Positions 1 through 12,732 of a stretch of DNA of 64,000 bases are shown piece after piece. Where the stretch lies: the NCBI GenBank assembly GCA_951406725.2, contig CATOCA020000001.1:9114001-9178000 (forward strand), in the 5' to 3' direction. The stretch's first letter is position 1; each line of letters opens with the position of its first letter. The DNA comes from Octopus vulgaris. Its lineage: Eukaryota. Under the pieces are notes generated by a model. It ran no database searches. It saw only the letters and a list, made by a program, of their open reading frames with translations, and had not been told where the DNA came from. The translations under genes and the position numbers were made by a program.

Positions 1-72
1 ATGCATGAGTACATAAAACTAGAGGATAACATGTTTGTGTTTTCTTTTTTTTTCTGTTTATTTGAATTGGCT

Positions 73-74
<2 letters not shown>

Positions 75-115
<41 letters not shown>
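75..115. repeat. (TA)n microsatellite
   Basis: Pure TA run; explains the YIYI ORF 1..258. Confidence 0.95.
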
Positions 116-118
<3 letters not shown>

Positions 119-645
119 CATGGAAAAATGTGAGCATGAAAAGTAATATTCTTAAGATTATAAACCTGGGAAAGTACAAGACAAGTTATTACACCTGTAA
201 AAGTACAGGACAAACTATTACTTCAAGTAAAGTAAAGAATAAGAAACTTTTTACTTAAAATATTGCAGCAAAGAATGCCATTTCTTCTAATTTATCATTC
301 TTCACAGTTCTCATCTTTTAAATTTATTGTACAAACTGTTCATCTAATTTGTAAGTTTGTCTAATTAGTCACTTTTTTCTGTATTTAAGGTAGTAAATTA
401 GCCAAATTCTATTTAAATAAGTATAGTGTTATTTGTAAACTATTTGTAAACTATAATAAAATGATTTTTAATACTCAAATTTTAATTTTAGTGGCAATGT
501 TTTAAGTAAAAAGTTTCTTATTCTTTACTTTACTTGAAGTAATAGTTTGTCCTATACTTTTAAATGTGTAATAACTTGTCCTGTACTTTTCCAGGTTTAT
601 AATCTTAAGAATATTACTTTTTATGCTCGCATTTTTCCACGTAAT
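115..645. repeat. Fold-back inverted repeat (~150 bp arms, ~230 bp spacer), MITE- or Penelope pLTR-like
   Basis: 115-265 (ttacatggaaaaatgtgagcat...tttttacttaaaatattgc) is an imperfect reverse complement of 495-645 (gcaatgttttaagtaaaaag...atgctcgcatttttccacgtaa); abuts a TA run. Confidence 0.85.
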
Positions 646-1134
646 CCATGATTTTTCCAAGCATTGATGTTATAAGTTAATTAATAATGTGTCAGTCAAT
701 AATTTAAGATTTTACCTTATAAAATACTCAAAGATAATATTTCAATTTTTCCATGTTTAATTTAAATATATGTTTTGATTGAATTAATGGCTGGGATTTT
801 TACTATGTTGTTGGTTGCACAATGGTTCACCAAATGTTACAAACAACAAGACCCCAAAACCATCAGTTACCAGGCTCACCATATGTAACCTAATTTTGCA
901 ATAAAAAATGACTACTATTGTACTGTCAATTTTATGTAAATATTTGGTTTTTCATAAATTAAAACCATTTTATAAACCAAAAAAACTATTTTTAATTTCC
1001 AAATTTAAGAAAATGTTCTTGTTACTTTTTTCTATTTATGAATTTGGTTCCTAAATAATCATTAATCAATCATACAATCTTCTTCTTAAATTTAATTTTT
1101 AGTTACAATTCCACTGAATTTTGTTTTTTAATTT

Positions 1135-1830
1135 GTTTGCATTTTTTTCCATGAATAATAAAACAATGTCAGGCAATTTGGGAGGAAATTTAGTTTATCT
1201 TTTTGTAATGATGTTGTCATTGATTTCATCCCAAATATCATCTCTAGTTTTAATCAGTGTGGCCTGCTCTAGATGTTGGTCCTCTATGAATAACAACAGC
1301 TCTTAGAGGAAAATTTGTGCCAAATATTTGCTGCCTTTTTGATTTGAAGTTCATTATATCACATTTGATTCTTCCATATTAAAATTTTGATTAATTAAAA
1401 TCTATTAATTTGAATAACAAGATATTTAAATTCAGGAGGAAATTCAATTCTGGAAGTAATTTCATGTTCAGTATTGAGTGAACATGTTTCACAATTTTTT
1501 GTAAGTGAATATGTTGTGATTTTAGTAATCAAAAATTTAAATTGTCGAGGACCATTAATTGGTTGCAGAAACAGTTCTTCTTTTAAATCAATAGGTAGTT
1601 GTGATTGTCTACCACAAACAACTGTATTGCAGTTGCAAATTATATTTACAAAGATGTTGCAAGTATGTTGGTGCAATCTAATGCGTCTAGCAGTGTCATA
1701 TTTGATGAATGTAAACTTTTGTTGAAATTACGTTTGAAAATAAAGATAAATTTCTTTCCAAAATTCATGAGCACATTGTTGGCTTCTATCATTAAATCTT
1801 CCACCAATAATCCTTTCTAAATTTGCATCA
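1135..1830 (-). pseudogene. Intronless, disrupted ubiquitin-specific protease (peptidase C19/UCH) catalytic-domain fragment
   Basis: Manual translation gives USP boxes in correct order: RFNDRSQQCAHEFW (QQD box), CETC...IEFPPEFKYLVIQINRF (finger CxxC plus LxIxLxRF), LRAVVIHRGPTSRAGH (His box), IKTRDDIWDEINDNII (W...ND), IVLLFME. Stops and frameshifts present; Cys box not seen. Confidence 0.8.
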
Positions 1831-2164
1831 GTGTTTTGAATATAATAAAGAATATTTGCGCGTGTGATTTAGGAAGGGGGATACTTTGGCTGCTATTTTT
1901 AGCATGTTGAGCGACCAGATAAAGGCTCTTTCATTGGTTTGATTGCGTGATGAGATTTTTACACATATATGTAATATGTATATTTATCATCAGCAGAAGT
2001 TTATTGTATATGCAATGAAATTTTAACATCTTCAAAGTTTTAATTTCAATCATACATATATATTAAGCTGCATATTCTACCCAAAGAAAGAATGAGCCAA
2101 ACTATTTGCTAATCTTGCTCTAATGAAAGTAATTTTTTTGTTAATAAATTGCTTATATACTTAC

Positions 2165-2206
2165 CAGCAGGTTTATTTGAAGCGTTAATGTAAGTACCAT
2201 CCGTGC
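2165..2206 (-). CDS. IgSF receptor cytoplasmic micro-exon (42 nt, phase 1-1), GTDGTYINASNKPA
   Basis: ttttttcatttcttaaag|GC ACG GAT GGT ACT TAC ATT AAC ... CCT GCT G|gtaagt; paralogous to 11502-11543 and 16800-16841. Confidence 0.65.
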
Positions 2207-2435
2207 CTTTAAGAAATGAAAAAAAAGAACAAATAGCATGGCTATAAATAATATTTAAATTAAGATAGCTGTGTAATGATTCTACCATAATAAATACTAA
2301 TGAGATAGACTCAAACACACTCACACATACATACATGCATATTAAAACACATATTTCGTAATAGTTAGCTGTCTGTTTATTTTAAAAATAGGTTCTAAGA
2401 TCATGCTGTGTACTAACAATATTGATTGCACTTAT

Positions 2436-2495
2436 GTGGTTGTTTCATTTCTAAATATTTGGGCTCGCTAACCTCAGCACATTGTTCTTCCACAG
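2436..2495 (-). pseudogene. Dead copy of the 60-nt tail micro-exon (VEEQCAEVSEPKYLEMKQP)
   Basis: Homologous to 17062-17121 but acceptor AG>TG and donor GT>AT. Confidence 0.6.
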
Positions 2496-2577
2496 CATCA
2501 AGAAATAAAATGAAAGGCATATTTATTGTTTGGAGAGGATGATTTAAATATGTTGATGATACACAGAATGTAGCAGT

Positions 2578-2608
<31 letters not shown>

Positions 2609-3169
2609 GAATAAGAAATAGAAAGCCATTGGTACAGTATTATATATTTGAAAATCTGAATAGAAATGGCGTTTTTGATAATTTTTCCACTTTAATAATT
2701 AAATGTCTGCGATCTAGTTAGTTTCATTCACAAAATCAGCCCCCTTTAATTTTGCTCAGCTTGTTATCAATTCTGGTGTATTGATACTGTTCTGAATTTT
2801 GATTATGCTCAACTAATTACTTTATCTCATAAATTAAAGAATCTGATGTTATTTGGAATTAAAGTTGGGAAAATCTGATCAATTTTAGCCAATCAACAGA
2901 CAGTGAGGCATTAGCAGCTAGTTACCATGACAACCACACATTCTGCTGATTCTTACACAACGAGATTCATTTCATCCACATATTTTGGTTGTGTATATCA
3001 CTGTTTCTTTTTTTTATTTTCTGGAAGATTTATATCTATCAATTAGAATTTTATTGTAAATGTTTTTCGTCAATTTTTTTAATATTTTACTTATTCTTTT
3101 ATATATTTTTCATATATATTTTACATATATTTCATGAAGTTTTTCTGTTTTTACTGTTGCTTTGAATAG

Positions 3170-3590
3170 CCACATCCACATTCAAGCCATTTAATTGTAC
3201 CACTCTGAAGGAGATTTTGAAAACAGGTGGATGCAATAAATTAAGTCACTCATAGATGTGCTCCATTCTCTGATGCCCAGACATTCTCTGTCCACTCTCT
3301 CTGTCATTTCTACTGTACTATATGGCTTCTGCTCCTTGCAGCTAGCTGAGCTCACACCACCTCCTCTCAAAAGTTTCCATCCCATTTGCCTCTTCTCTTT
3401 TCATCATTCCTCTTATGTCCAAACCCATCCAGCCCTACCTAAAAGGCCTCATACTTATGGCTATGCTCAGTTTTTCCTCCCCAAAATGGTTTCTCTCAAG
3501 AAATCCTTCCCTGCTCATATCTTTCCCACAAATGTTGGTTTATGAAGGTTCACAAGGCACATCAATGGCCTTAATCATTAACCTCATTCA
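3170..3590 (+). mobile_element. CR1/Jockey/L2-type LINE ORF2 C-terminal relic
   Basis: ORF 3258: YGFCSLQLAELTPPPL...YAQFFLPKMVSLKKSFPAHIFP resembles the C-terminal FFPRTxxLWNxLPxxVFP region of these LINEs. Confidence 0.55.
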
Positions 3591-4199
3591 TCCAGATGGT
3601 CTGTGAAGGACATAGGCAATGTCAAAAAAGATCAAACCAAAACTAGGCTGAAAGATTCTTGCTCAAGGTGTGATGGAGTTGGATTGAACTCAATACTAAC
3701 ATGTCAGGATTATGATGTGAACTTATTAATCACCTGGTCGTGTACCCCTCCCACAGACCTGTCAGAGATGTAGATGCAAAACTGTGCACGTGGTGGGCAA
3801 GTAATATAATTGGTAGGTTTGGATCCAGCTGAGGTAGAAATAATAAACCCCATGGAACTGAAGCTGGCAGAATGAACCAGAATCAAATTATTTCCTAAAT
3901 GATACGGAAGGAAAAAAGGGCACAGAATTGAGGGGTGGGATGTGAAAGACAGAAATTGTGAGGAAATTTTCCAATGTATGAAACATAAAAAGATTAGAAA
4001 CAAAATGAAGGAAACCTGCCCACCTCACTTTTCTTTTTCCATGAGGTACGGAACTTTGAAGGACAGTTGTTCCAAAAATTATGTCCAGGATGGAGTGCCA
4101 GACTAAATGCTTTGTTCTATTTAGTTCTGTTCCTCTGCATTCTGAGTTCAAATCTCACACAAGTCAGCTTTAACTTTAATCCAACAGGTATCAATAAAA

Positions 4200-5300
4200 T
4201 AAATTATACTAGAATAGCTTGCCAATAAAATCACATTTCTCCTTTCTTTTGATTATCTTTATTCTTCTATTGGAAAAGGGGATTATCACATTGACTCCTC
4301 TTCCTTTTGTTTTTGTACAGGTGCATTATACATGCATCTTTGAACTGCTGGGGAACAGATCCAGTTTCTCAGATCAAACAGATCAATTTGCACAGTTTAT
4401 TTACAATTTGTCTGCTACAATGCTTGCACACCTCTATGGGAATATCGTCTTGTCCAAGATCTTTACCATTGGAAAGTTTTTCAATAACAGTACTTGTCTC
4501 TTGCAAGGAAGGATGTTCCACTAGTTCTTCAGCATTGTGAGTGGATTCTTGATTTGATACAGATTTAAAGTGTTCAGGTAATCTTTTAGAATTTCATCTT
4601 TCCTACTTATGAGTTGTGTTACATCGTTAGAGAGAATAGATTCTGTACTACCTTTTTTTGGACCAAACACATTTTTCAGAATGTTATACAGTGTTCTCAA
4701 GTTGTGAGAGTTAGCAGCCTGTTCCAATTCTTGGGCTTGTTTCGTCCACCAAACTTTTCATCTCATGCAGTTTTCTGCATAGATTTTCTCTAGAGATGTA
4801 TAGGAATCTGGATGTTGGCAAATTTTTGTCTGAGATCCATGTCTTTTGTCTCTTGTGCAAAGTTTCTAGGAGAGGTTTAATTTGAGAATCATTCTTGTTG
4901 GTGTTTGTGCTTCACAAATTCTAGAACTACTTCAGCAGATGATTTGATGCTGTCACGTATATTGTGCCACTACATTTTTAGGCATTCCTCTATTTCTGCA
5001 AGCTTTGAATTTAAATGTATTTCAAAATTTTTTATCATTTCTAGATTTTTTAAAGAAGCAATGTTTATTCTCGGATGTAAACTGGATTTTAGTGGCCTCT
5101 TTCCATATGGATTAACAAATACCTTGCTGTGAATCATTCTGTGATCCAAGTAACACTTGGATGTTATGTGAGTTCTGGTGAACCCGAAATCACTGCAATC
5201 ATTGTTCTTAGTTATAACATAGTCCACATATATCAGTGACCAGATCAGGGATGCTTCCAGGTGCTTTTGTACTTATTTGCCTACATAAACACTGCATCTG
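4200..5300 (-). mobile_element. Degenerate RTE (BovB-like) LINE fragment: APE C-terminus, tether and RT start
   Basis: DYVIT...TR...CYLDHRMIHSK and LKNVFGPK motifs; multiple stops. Confidence 0.7.
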
Positions 5301-5339
5301 GTGCTGTTCCAGTCCCATTCATCTAGAGGTCATGTGTCT

Positions 5340-7010
5340 GTAGGTGAAGCCTCACTGAACAGCAGAATTCAAATGCCACCCAAGGAGAAGGTTGCTGGTC
5401 GGTACCAGTTTTTTTGGAAATCAATTAAAGGCAGAAAGAAGAGAGTGACAGAATTATTGAAAGAGGTGACACTACTGTGAAGAGATAAGCTGAATTTTCC
5501 AATCATTTCCCGGCTCAAAAATGTGCTTCATTTGTATGACAAATGCACCTAAAAAAGACAATTTGAGCCATTAGAGGAACTGTTCAATATCAACAAAGTC
5601 TGCAATGAATGGCTCAATGCTGATGATAAAATGCTTTACTCTATGCAACTCCAAAGCCAGGGCAAAATGGGTTATTCAACAAGTAAAGCTGCAAGCAAGC
5701 ACACTATCCATAATTCCAAGAGGAGATGCTCGGATGCTGAAGCCTCCCATTCTTTATCAAACTCATCAACCCTGAAGTGACTCTGAAGAAGAAGAGATTG
5801 AAGAGTACAATTATGGTGAAGATGACAGAGTTGATCAAAACGATATAGAGAGTGATGTCACTTATTCTTCCACAAGAAGGAACAATAAATCTGCAATTGG
5901 TATGAGATTTGTAACTGAAACAAATGTCTCTACCTACAAAGCTGCGAAAATCTGCAAAGAATTGTCAGAGGAGGACATTGATATCCCAGCTTCTAGTCAG
6001 CAAGGCATTTTACAATGCACTGTTTGAGAAAGCTGGTGTAATGACGAAACACTTGATCAATACACTAAGCAATCAGAAATGGGACCTGCATTTTGATGGT
6101 AAACATATTGACGGAAATGAATATCAAGTGGTAATCATCAAGACAAAACAAGTGAAATTAAGCTGGCTGCTCTGAAGCTGTGTGGTGACAAGGTCGAGAC
6201 CATTGCAGAGGGATTGAAAAGCATCTTGGATGAATTTCACTTTTAGGGTGAAATCTTAATGATTATTGCTGATACGACGAGTGTGAATACCGGATGAAAG
6301 AGTTGGGTAGTGGTTAGACTGCAGAGAATTTCTTGAGCAAATGCTATGATGAGCCACAATTCATGAGCAACCAACACCGTGTCTTGGACAGAATCCTGCA
6401 TATTTTTATGGATGAAGAGCTAGCTAGTGCAAGCAATTCACTCAACATCGGATATTTTCTTGTCAAAGAACTCATGACAAGTTATGAAGAACTCCAAGGC
6501 TCCTTCCAGAATGGAAATCGTCATAGTAGATCAAGCAGGTTGGAGAGATGATATGAAGTTTCTGCTTCACTTAACCCATGCCTTCAAGTTCTTCCATGGA
6601 AAGAGAGACATCCCTTTCATCAAGTTTCAGAAAATTCCAAACATCAGTAATGCCAGATGGAATTTGCAAACAATCCCAGCCCTTCTTATATTTTTACTTA
6701 CGTCACATGTGAGAGATTGCAGATGGTCTGCCAGTTCATCTCATATGACTGGGCAGACCACTGGTTCAGTGACCAAGTGTATAGAGCTGAAGATTATGCA
6801 GAGCTATCACAAACCTTACTACTCTACAAGACTTCTTTGAAATGCTTGACAAATCACTGGAAACAAGAGCCCTCAAAACTAAAGATTAGCAGAAGCAATT
6901 AATGCTATGAGTGAGCAATTAAGGTCATGCAAGAACTACACACCACATGCAAGAACAAAGCTAACCTGCCATTGAGTTTCATTCTCTCTATTAGACTTGC
7001 CGCAACTTGA
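5340..7010 (+). pseudogene. hAT-superfamily-like DDE transposase relic
   Basis: Across frameshifts: WDLHFDGK (D1), IADTTSVNTG (D2), NQHRVLDRIL (CxxH position), ISNARWN (RW), and a disrupted C-terminal ERAIKVMQ-like segment (E). Confidence 0.7.
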
Positions 7011-8394
7011 CTATCGACTAATTTGACTTTATATGACTTACCTTCTTTTTATTGGTCTGGAATGTAGAATATAATTCTTTTAACAGTAATGGATCTTTTT
7101 TTCCTTTATTGTTTATTATTCTATCAGGGTCCTAGTTTTTGGAAACCCACCCAAAAGCAACCAAATATAAAAATTTCAAAGTTAGTCATGAGTGAACTTT
7201 TTTGAGCAAATAGAAAAAAAACATTGATTTTCATAGTCTTCTAGCAAAAACTCGACAGAATATGATACAGGACTACGGAGTTACAAAAAAGTTGTATCCT
7301 CAGTGCACACAGCACGTTGAGATACTGTGACCAGGTTTTGGGTAGGTGTTCTGCTTGCTATGGGCAGGTCTTCTTGAGCATGGCAGGGCACCAACCCTCC
7401 CAATCCATTGTCATCTCTTCTGTAAGGCTCAGCATTTTGAGATCAGTTTGCACAACCTCATCCCATACTGGTGACAAAGATCTCTAATTGCATTTACTAA
7501 GACATCTGAAGATGATGCAATACTACTATTTAGTGCATCATTTTTATGAAACAAACAATTAGTATTGCATCATCTTTGAAGGAATGATGAAACATTGCAT
7601 CATAATTCAACAAGTATAAAACATTGACAGCCTGCCAACTATTCATTTGTCCTTTGTAATCCTTCCACGAAATATCAAAGAATCAAAAGCTAAGCCTTGA
7701 AGAGATTTCACAATTGTTATCCAGCTTCCATAAAGAATGGGAAAAAATTATTTGTGATGAATCTTCTTGCCTGTTCAGAATTGGATATGATGAGAACAAA
7801 ATGATTCTTCAAATCCTTCGATGATGCATGTAGAACATTATTTGAAGGATAAGTCTGAAACTGAAAGGACTCAGGAAGAACACTATTGAAAGGGCACAAG
7901 AAGAACTCCATCCTACAATGTTTACATGAACAGCTTGGACCTTCCCATTTTGCAAGTAGATTTTATGATTCAGCTCTTTCATCATTTATATTATTCATGA
8001 AGCCAAATCTGGAAATCCAAATGTGGACAAATGCCGAAGGAACTTGGGTCTATAAAGATAAGTGAATAGAAATAAACTCTGCTGAATTTAGAAAGTCTTT
8101 TGGATTGATTATTCTTATTGTAGTTTCCAAATCAAATCATGCAAACATTACTCAAACTTAGAGTTTTGGAGACAGACACCCCCTTTGCAAATACACACAC
8201 ATGAATGCATAAATGTACATATAAACTTATATATGAATACATACATCCACATGCACATATATATTGGTGACGTACACAAATACATAACAGGTATATATAA
8301 TACTGAAATAAGCAACCCATATTGATTCCTGTGTGTAGAAATCAATGGCTTCATAAAGTACAACTGTAACAACTAATGGGAAACAAACGCATAC

Positions 8395-9890
8395 ATACAT
8401 CATCATCATCATTTAACGATGCTAGCATGAGTTGGATGGTTCGATCAGGGTCTGGGAAGCAAGGAGGCTACACCAGGCTCCAGTCTGATCTGGCAGTGTT
8501 TCTACAGCTGGATGCCCTTCCTAAAGCCAACCACTCCGTGAGTGTAGTGGGTGCTTTTAACGTGCCACCGGTACGGAACCCATCGGTCATGTTCGGATGG
8601 TGCTTTTTATGTGCCACCGGCACAGGTATCACAACTACAATTTCCATTTGATTTTTATTTTGATGTTGATGTATTTGACTCAGTAGGTCTCCTTAAGCAC
8701 AGCAGGTCACCCTACAATCCAAGGTAAGCACAGCAGGCCGTCCTGCAGTCGAAGGTACTTTGGATGGGTTGGGGCTGCTATGTGAAGCTGGTGCAGGAAA
8801 CAGCCATGAACTCACGTTATCTGTCAGGTCTTCGCAGTCACAGCATATCTCCAGAGATCTCGGTCTTTCATCATTGTCTCTGTGAGGCCCAATGTTCAAA
8901 GGTCATGCTTGACCACCTCATCCCATGTATTCCTGGGTCTACCTCTACCCTGGATTCCTTCAACTGTTTGGGAGTGGCATTTCTTCACACATCTCTCCTC
9001 ATCCATCTGTAGTACATGACCATACCAGTGCAAATGTCTCTTTTGCACGCCACATCCAATGCTTCTTATGTCCAGTATTTCTCTCAGGACACTTACACTC
9101 TGTCGTCTGTGCACACTAACATTACACATCCAGCGGATCATGCTAGCTTCATTTCTTTCAAGCCTACACATGTCCTCTGCTGTCACAGTTCATATTTCAC
9201 TACCTTGAAGCATGGCAGTTCACACACATGTGTCATACAATCTACCTTTCACTCTGAGCGAGAGACCCTTTGTCACCAGTAGGGGTAGAAACTTTCTAAA
9301 CTTTGCCCAGGCTATTCGTATTCTAGTGGTGACACTCTCTGAGCATCCACCCACACTACTAACTTGGTCACCTAGGTAGTGGAAACAATCAACTACTTCT
9401 AATTTCTCCCCCTGGAGTGTGATGGAATCTGTTTTCTGAGCATCTGTGGTGTCTATTGCCCCTGCGCATCTGCTGCACATGAAAGCTATCTTCTCAGTTA
9501 GTTTTCCTCTGATGTTGCTACACCTCTTATGCGTCCATAGCTTACATTGGGTACATCTTAAAGAGTTTCTACCTACACCTTTTCTACAGATTGAGCGGGG
9601 CCACCTACTTAAGGGTGTGTGTGATGAGTTCACCTTCCTACTTAAATAACTTTGGTCTTCGCTACATTTACTATAAGGCCTTTTGATTCTAAACCTAACT
9701 TCCACACCCAAAATTTCTTTTCTAGTTCCGGTAGTGATTCTGTTATGAGGGCCAGGTCATCAGTATAGAGGAACTCCCAGGGGCAACCCATCTTGAATTC
9801 CTCTGTTATTGCCTGGAGGACTATGATGAATAAAAGGGACTGAGGGCTGAACCTTGGTGGACCCTTACTTCTACCCAGAATTATTCACTT
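8395..9890 (-). mobile_element. 5'-truncated RTE-clade LINE (RT C-terminal half, 3'UTR, (GAT)n tail)
   Basis: HQG..LSP, LYTDDL, Cys-rich CTQCKLWTHKRC insert, FHYLG, LSLRVKGRLYDTCV, LHWYGHV, GRGRPRNTW; (CAT)n at 8395-8412. Confidence 0.9.
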
Positions 9891-10300
9891 ATATTAATAT
9901 AACAAATAAAAATAAAAATTTAAAAAATATACAAAACATACAGAAATCAATGAAGAGAGAAAAGAAACAGTAAGATGATAGATGTTGACTTCATCAGGTA
10001 TTTCTGTTTATTTTGAAACCTACAATGAACAGGTCATTTCACAGATGCTAAACTATAAATTTCACAGGGTAAAACATTAAAATTGACACCACTAAGTTGA
10101 GAATGCTACATCACAGAAAATTTCTGTCTCACTATTGGCTAAAAATACACAGTTTTTTTAAAGTTTTCATCAAATTTTTCTCCACAAGTACATGGCTTCA
10201 CAGGAATAAGCATGTAAACTACATCAATATAACCGATTTTCAGATATTTGACTTCCTTTTAAGAGATGCAGATTTTATGAATGAAACAAACAAGATCTGA

Positions 10301-10590
10301 TGTGGATAAGTTTAGAAAAAGGTAACTCTTGAATTCAGATAGTCAACCAAGGCATGGGTGAGGGCAGTTGCTGAGGCCATCGCTTCTGCTTTCCTTTTCT
10401 AAAGTTCTTTACTGGCCTGTTGCTGTGGAAGGACCTTCAAGAAAAAGGAAGGCAGAAGCAATGGCCTCAACAACTGCCCTCACCCATGTCTTGTTTGACT
10501 AACTGAATTCAGGAGTTACCTGTTTGTAAACTTATAAACATCTAATTATTGAAGTGGAAAAATGATCAGAAAAGCCATTTCTATTCTTTT
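10301..10590. repeat. Fold-back element, copy 1 (left end displaced to 2658-2706 by the insertion)
   Basis: gcatgggtgagggcagttgctgaggccat vs atggcctcaacaactgccctcacccatg; near-identical to 11985-12320. Confidence 0.85.
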
Positions 10591-11501
10591 TTCTTCAAAT
10601 ATAATTATATATATCCACATATATGTATTTAGAAACAAAAAATACTTAAATCCAGTCAGAGTCCATGTACTGAATATGTTCTTCATCCTCTTATTTACAT
10701 ATTTTTAAAAAGAAAAGTATTGTCTAATAAATTTATTTGGTATGAACAAAAGGAAAAAAGGAGTAATTTTGGTTAATATGACATTTCAAACTTAGACTTT
10801 GGAAAGAGGGTTCCTTAGTAAAGTGGCACCCAAAATTCTATTCTACAAGAAAAATGCTAATGGTTATGTAAAAGTAGTACTTATTGAGAGGCTGAATGTA
10901 CAAAATTTACTTCACTGGGATATAATCTCAGAATGTACTAACAGTAAATTTAATTCTGTCAATATTTAGTACAGTTTGTACTTTTTCCCTCACTTCAATA
11001 TTTGGTGGTGATATTACCATTAAGAGAAGCCATTCACAAATATGTTTAGAGCAATAAGGGTTTTTCTGAGATTACATTCTTGTTAGAGTTATCCATAAGC
11101 AGGAGTGATTTTGGATACTGAAGGGGAAAAGCTGATCCCATTTACCTTTGGAAATCTGTTCCATTTTTTGTGTCTCATGTCTAAGCAAGTATCTACTGAA
11201 TTCAATATTAGTTGTATACCAATTTGGGTTATTTGTTTAAATAAAACTTTAAAAATATATGCATATGAACTGCATTAATAAAGGTAAGATAAATAAAGGT
11301 GTAAAATATAAGTTACATATGAATGTTTGCAAGAAGTTCTTTGCATATGCAATGAAATTTTAACACCTTCAAAGTTTTAATTTCAATCATACATATATAT
11401 TAAGCTGCATATTCTACCCAAAGAAAGAATGAGCCAAACTATTTGCTAATCTTGCTCTAATGAAAATAATTTTTTTGTTAATAAATTGCTTATATACTTA
11501 C

Positions 11502-11543
11502 CAGCAGGTTTATTTGAAGCGTTAACGTAAGTACCATCCGTGC
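11502..11543 (-). CDS. IgSF receptor cytoplasmic micro-exon (42 nt, phase 1-1), TDGTYVNASNKPA
   Basis: tttcttaaag|GC ACG ... TAC GTT AAC ... GCT G|gtaagt. Confidence 0.65.
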
Positions 11544-11779
11544 CTTTAAGAAATTTAAAAAAAAGAACAAATAGCATGGCTATAAATAATATTTAAATTA
11601 AGATAGCTGTGTAATGATTCTACCATAATAAATACTAATGAGATAGACTCAAACACACTCACACATACATACATGCATATTAATAGACAAAAGTTAGAGA
11701 GTGACATATTTCGTAATAGTTCACTGTCTGTTTATTTTAAAGATAGGTTCTAAGATCATGCAATATTGATTGTACTTAC

Positions 11780-11839
11780 TTCGTTGTCCCATTTCTAAAT
11801 ATTTCGGCTCGCTAACCTCAGCACATTGTTCTTCCACAG
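11780..11839 (-). CDS. Duplicated 60-nt tail micro-exon with mutated acceptor; possible in-frame cryptic acceptor giving 11780-11830 (EQCAEVSEPKYLEMGQR)
   Basis: Donor gtaagt intact, original acceptor AG>TG; the next AG 9 nt downstream preserves phase 1. Confidence 0.4.
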
Positions 11840-11984
11840 CATCAAGAAATAAAATGAAAGGCATATTTATTGTTTGGAGGGTGTGATTTAAATATTTTGA
11901 TGATACACAGAAAGTAGCAGCTATATGTAGATAGTAGAAAAAGAAATAGAAAGCCCTTGGTACAGTATTAGATATCTGAAAAAC

Positions 11985-12320
11985 TGAATAGAAATGGCTT
12001 TTCTGATAATTTTCCACTTTAATAATTAGGTGTTTATAAGTTTAGAAAAAGGTAACTCTTGAATTCAAATAGTTACCCAAAGCATGGGTGAGGGCAGTTG
12101 CTGAGGCCATTGCTTCTGCTTTCCTTTTCTAAAGTTCTTTACTGGCCTGTTGCTGTGGAAGGACCTTCAAGAAAAAAGGAAAGCAGAAGCAATGGCCTCA
12201 ACAACTGCCCTCACCCATGCTTTAGTTGACTAACTGAATTCAGGTGTTACCTGTTTGTAAACTTATAAACATCTAATTATTGAAGTGGAAAAATTATCAG
12301 AAAAGCCATTTCTATTCTTC
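11985..12320. repeat. Fold-back element, copy 2 (intact, ~150 bp arms)
   Basis: gaatagaaatggcttttctgataattttccac at the left end vs gtggaaaaattatcagaaaagccatttctattc at the right end. Confidence 0.9.
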
Positions 12321-12450
12321 ATTTTTGTATTTGGTTTGCAAAATTCTTTATATGAGTTTGTGTGTTGAAGCATATTTTGTGGTGTCTGGGGAGAGTCATT
12401 CTCTTTTATTGCCTTATTATTTAACACACTTACCTGTAAATTTTCCACTC

Positions 12451-12485
<35 letters not shown>

Positions 12486-12732
12486 GAATTTACAAAAACA
12501 AAACAAAACAAAAGACGAAGATGGGTGTGTAAACAACAAACAGATGTATTAGTTTAACGCTCGGGAAGTGAGAAAGTCTTTTATGTTTCAAGCCGACGCT
12601 CTTTGACAGAAAGGAACACAGAAATAAACAGGGAGAGAAAATAGAGAAAGGTTCAGTGGCTAGCGATCTATCATGGGGAATGATATATATATATATATAT
12701 ACACACATACATACATATATATATATATATTA

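Larger units (their letters stand above)
2708..10300. mobile_element. 7.6 kb insertion bounded by 30-bp imperfect inverted repeats, with nested relics
   Basis: 2711-2740 gatctagttagtttcattcacaaaatcagc vs reverse complement of 10268-10297 (26/30 identical). The flanks are contiguous in the paralogous empty site near 12020-12045. Confidence 0.55.

Noticed and set aside
7620-7830. Protein-like plus-strand stretch (LSLEEISQLLSSFHKEWEKII)
   Set aside because: Interrupted by stops, no recognisable family or splice signals; cannot be supported without a search.
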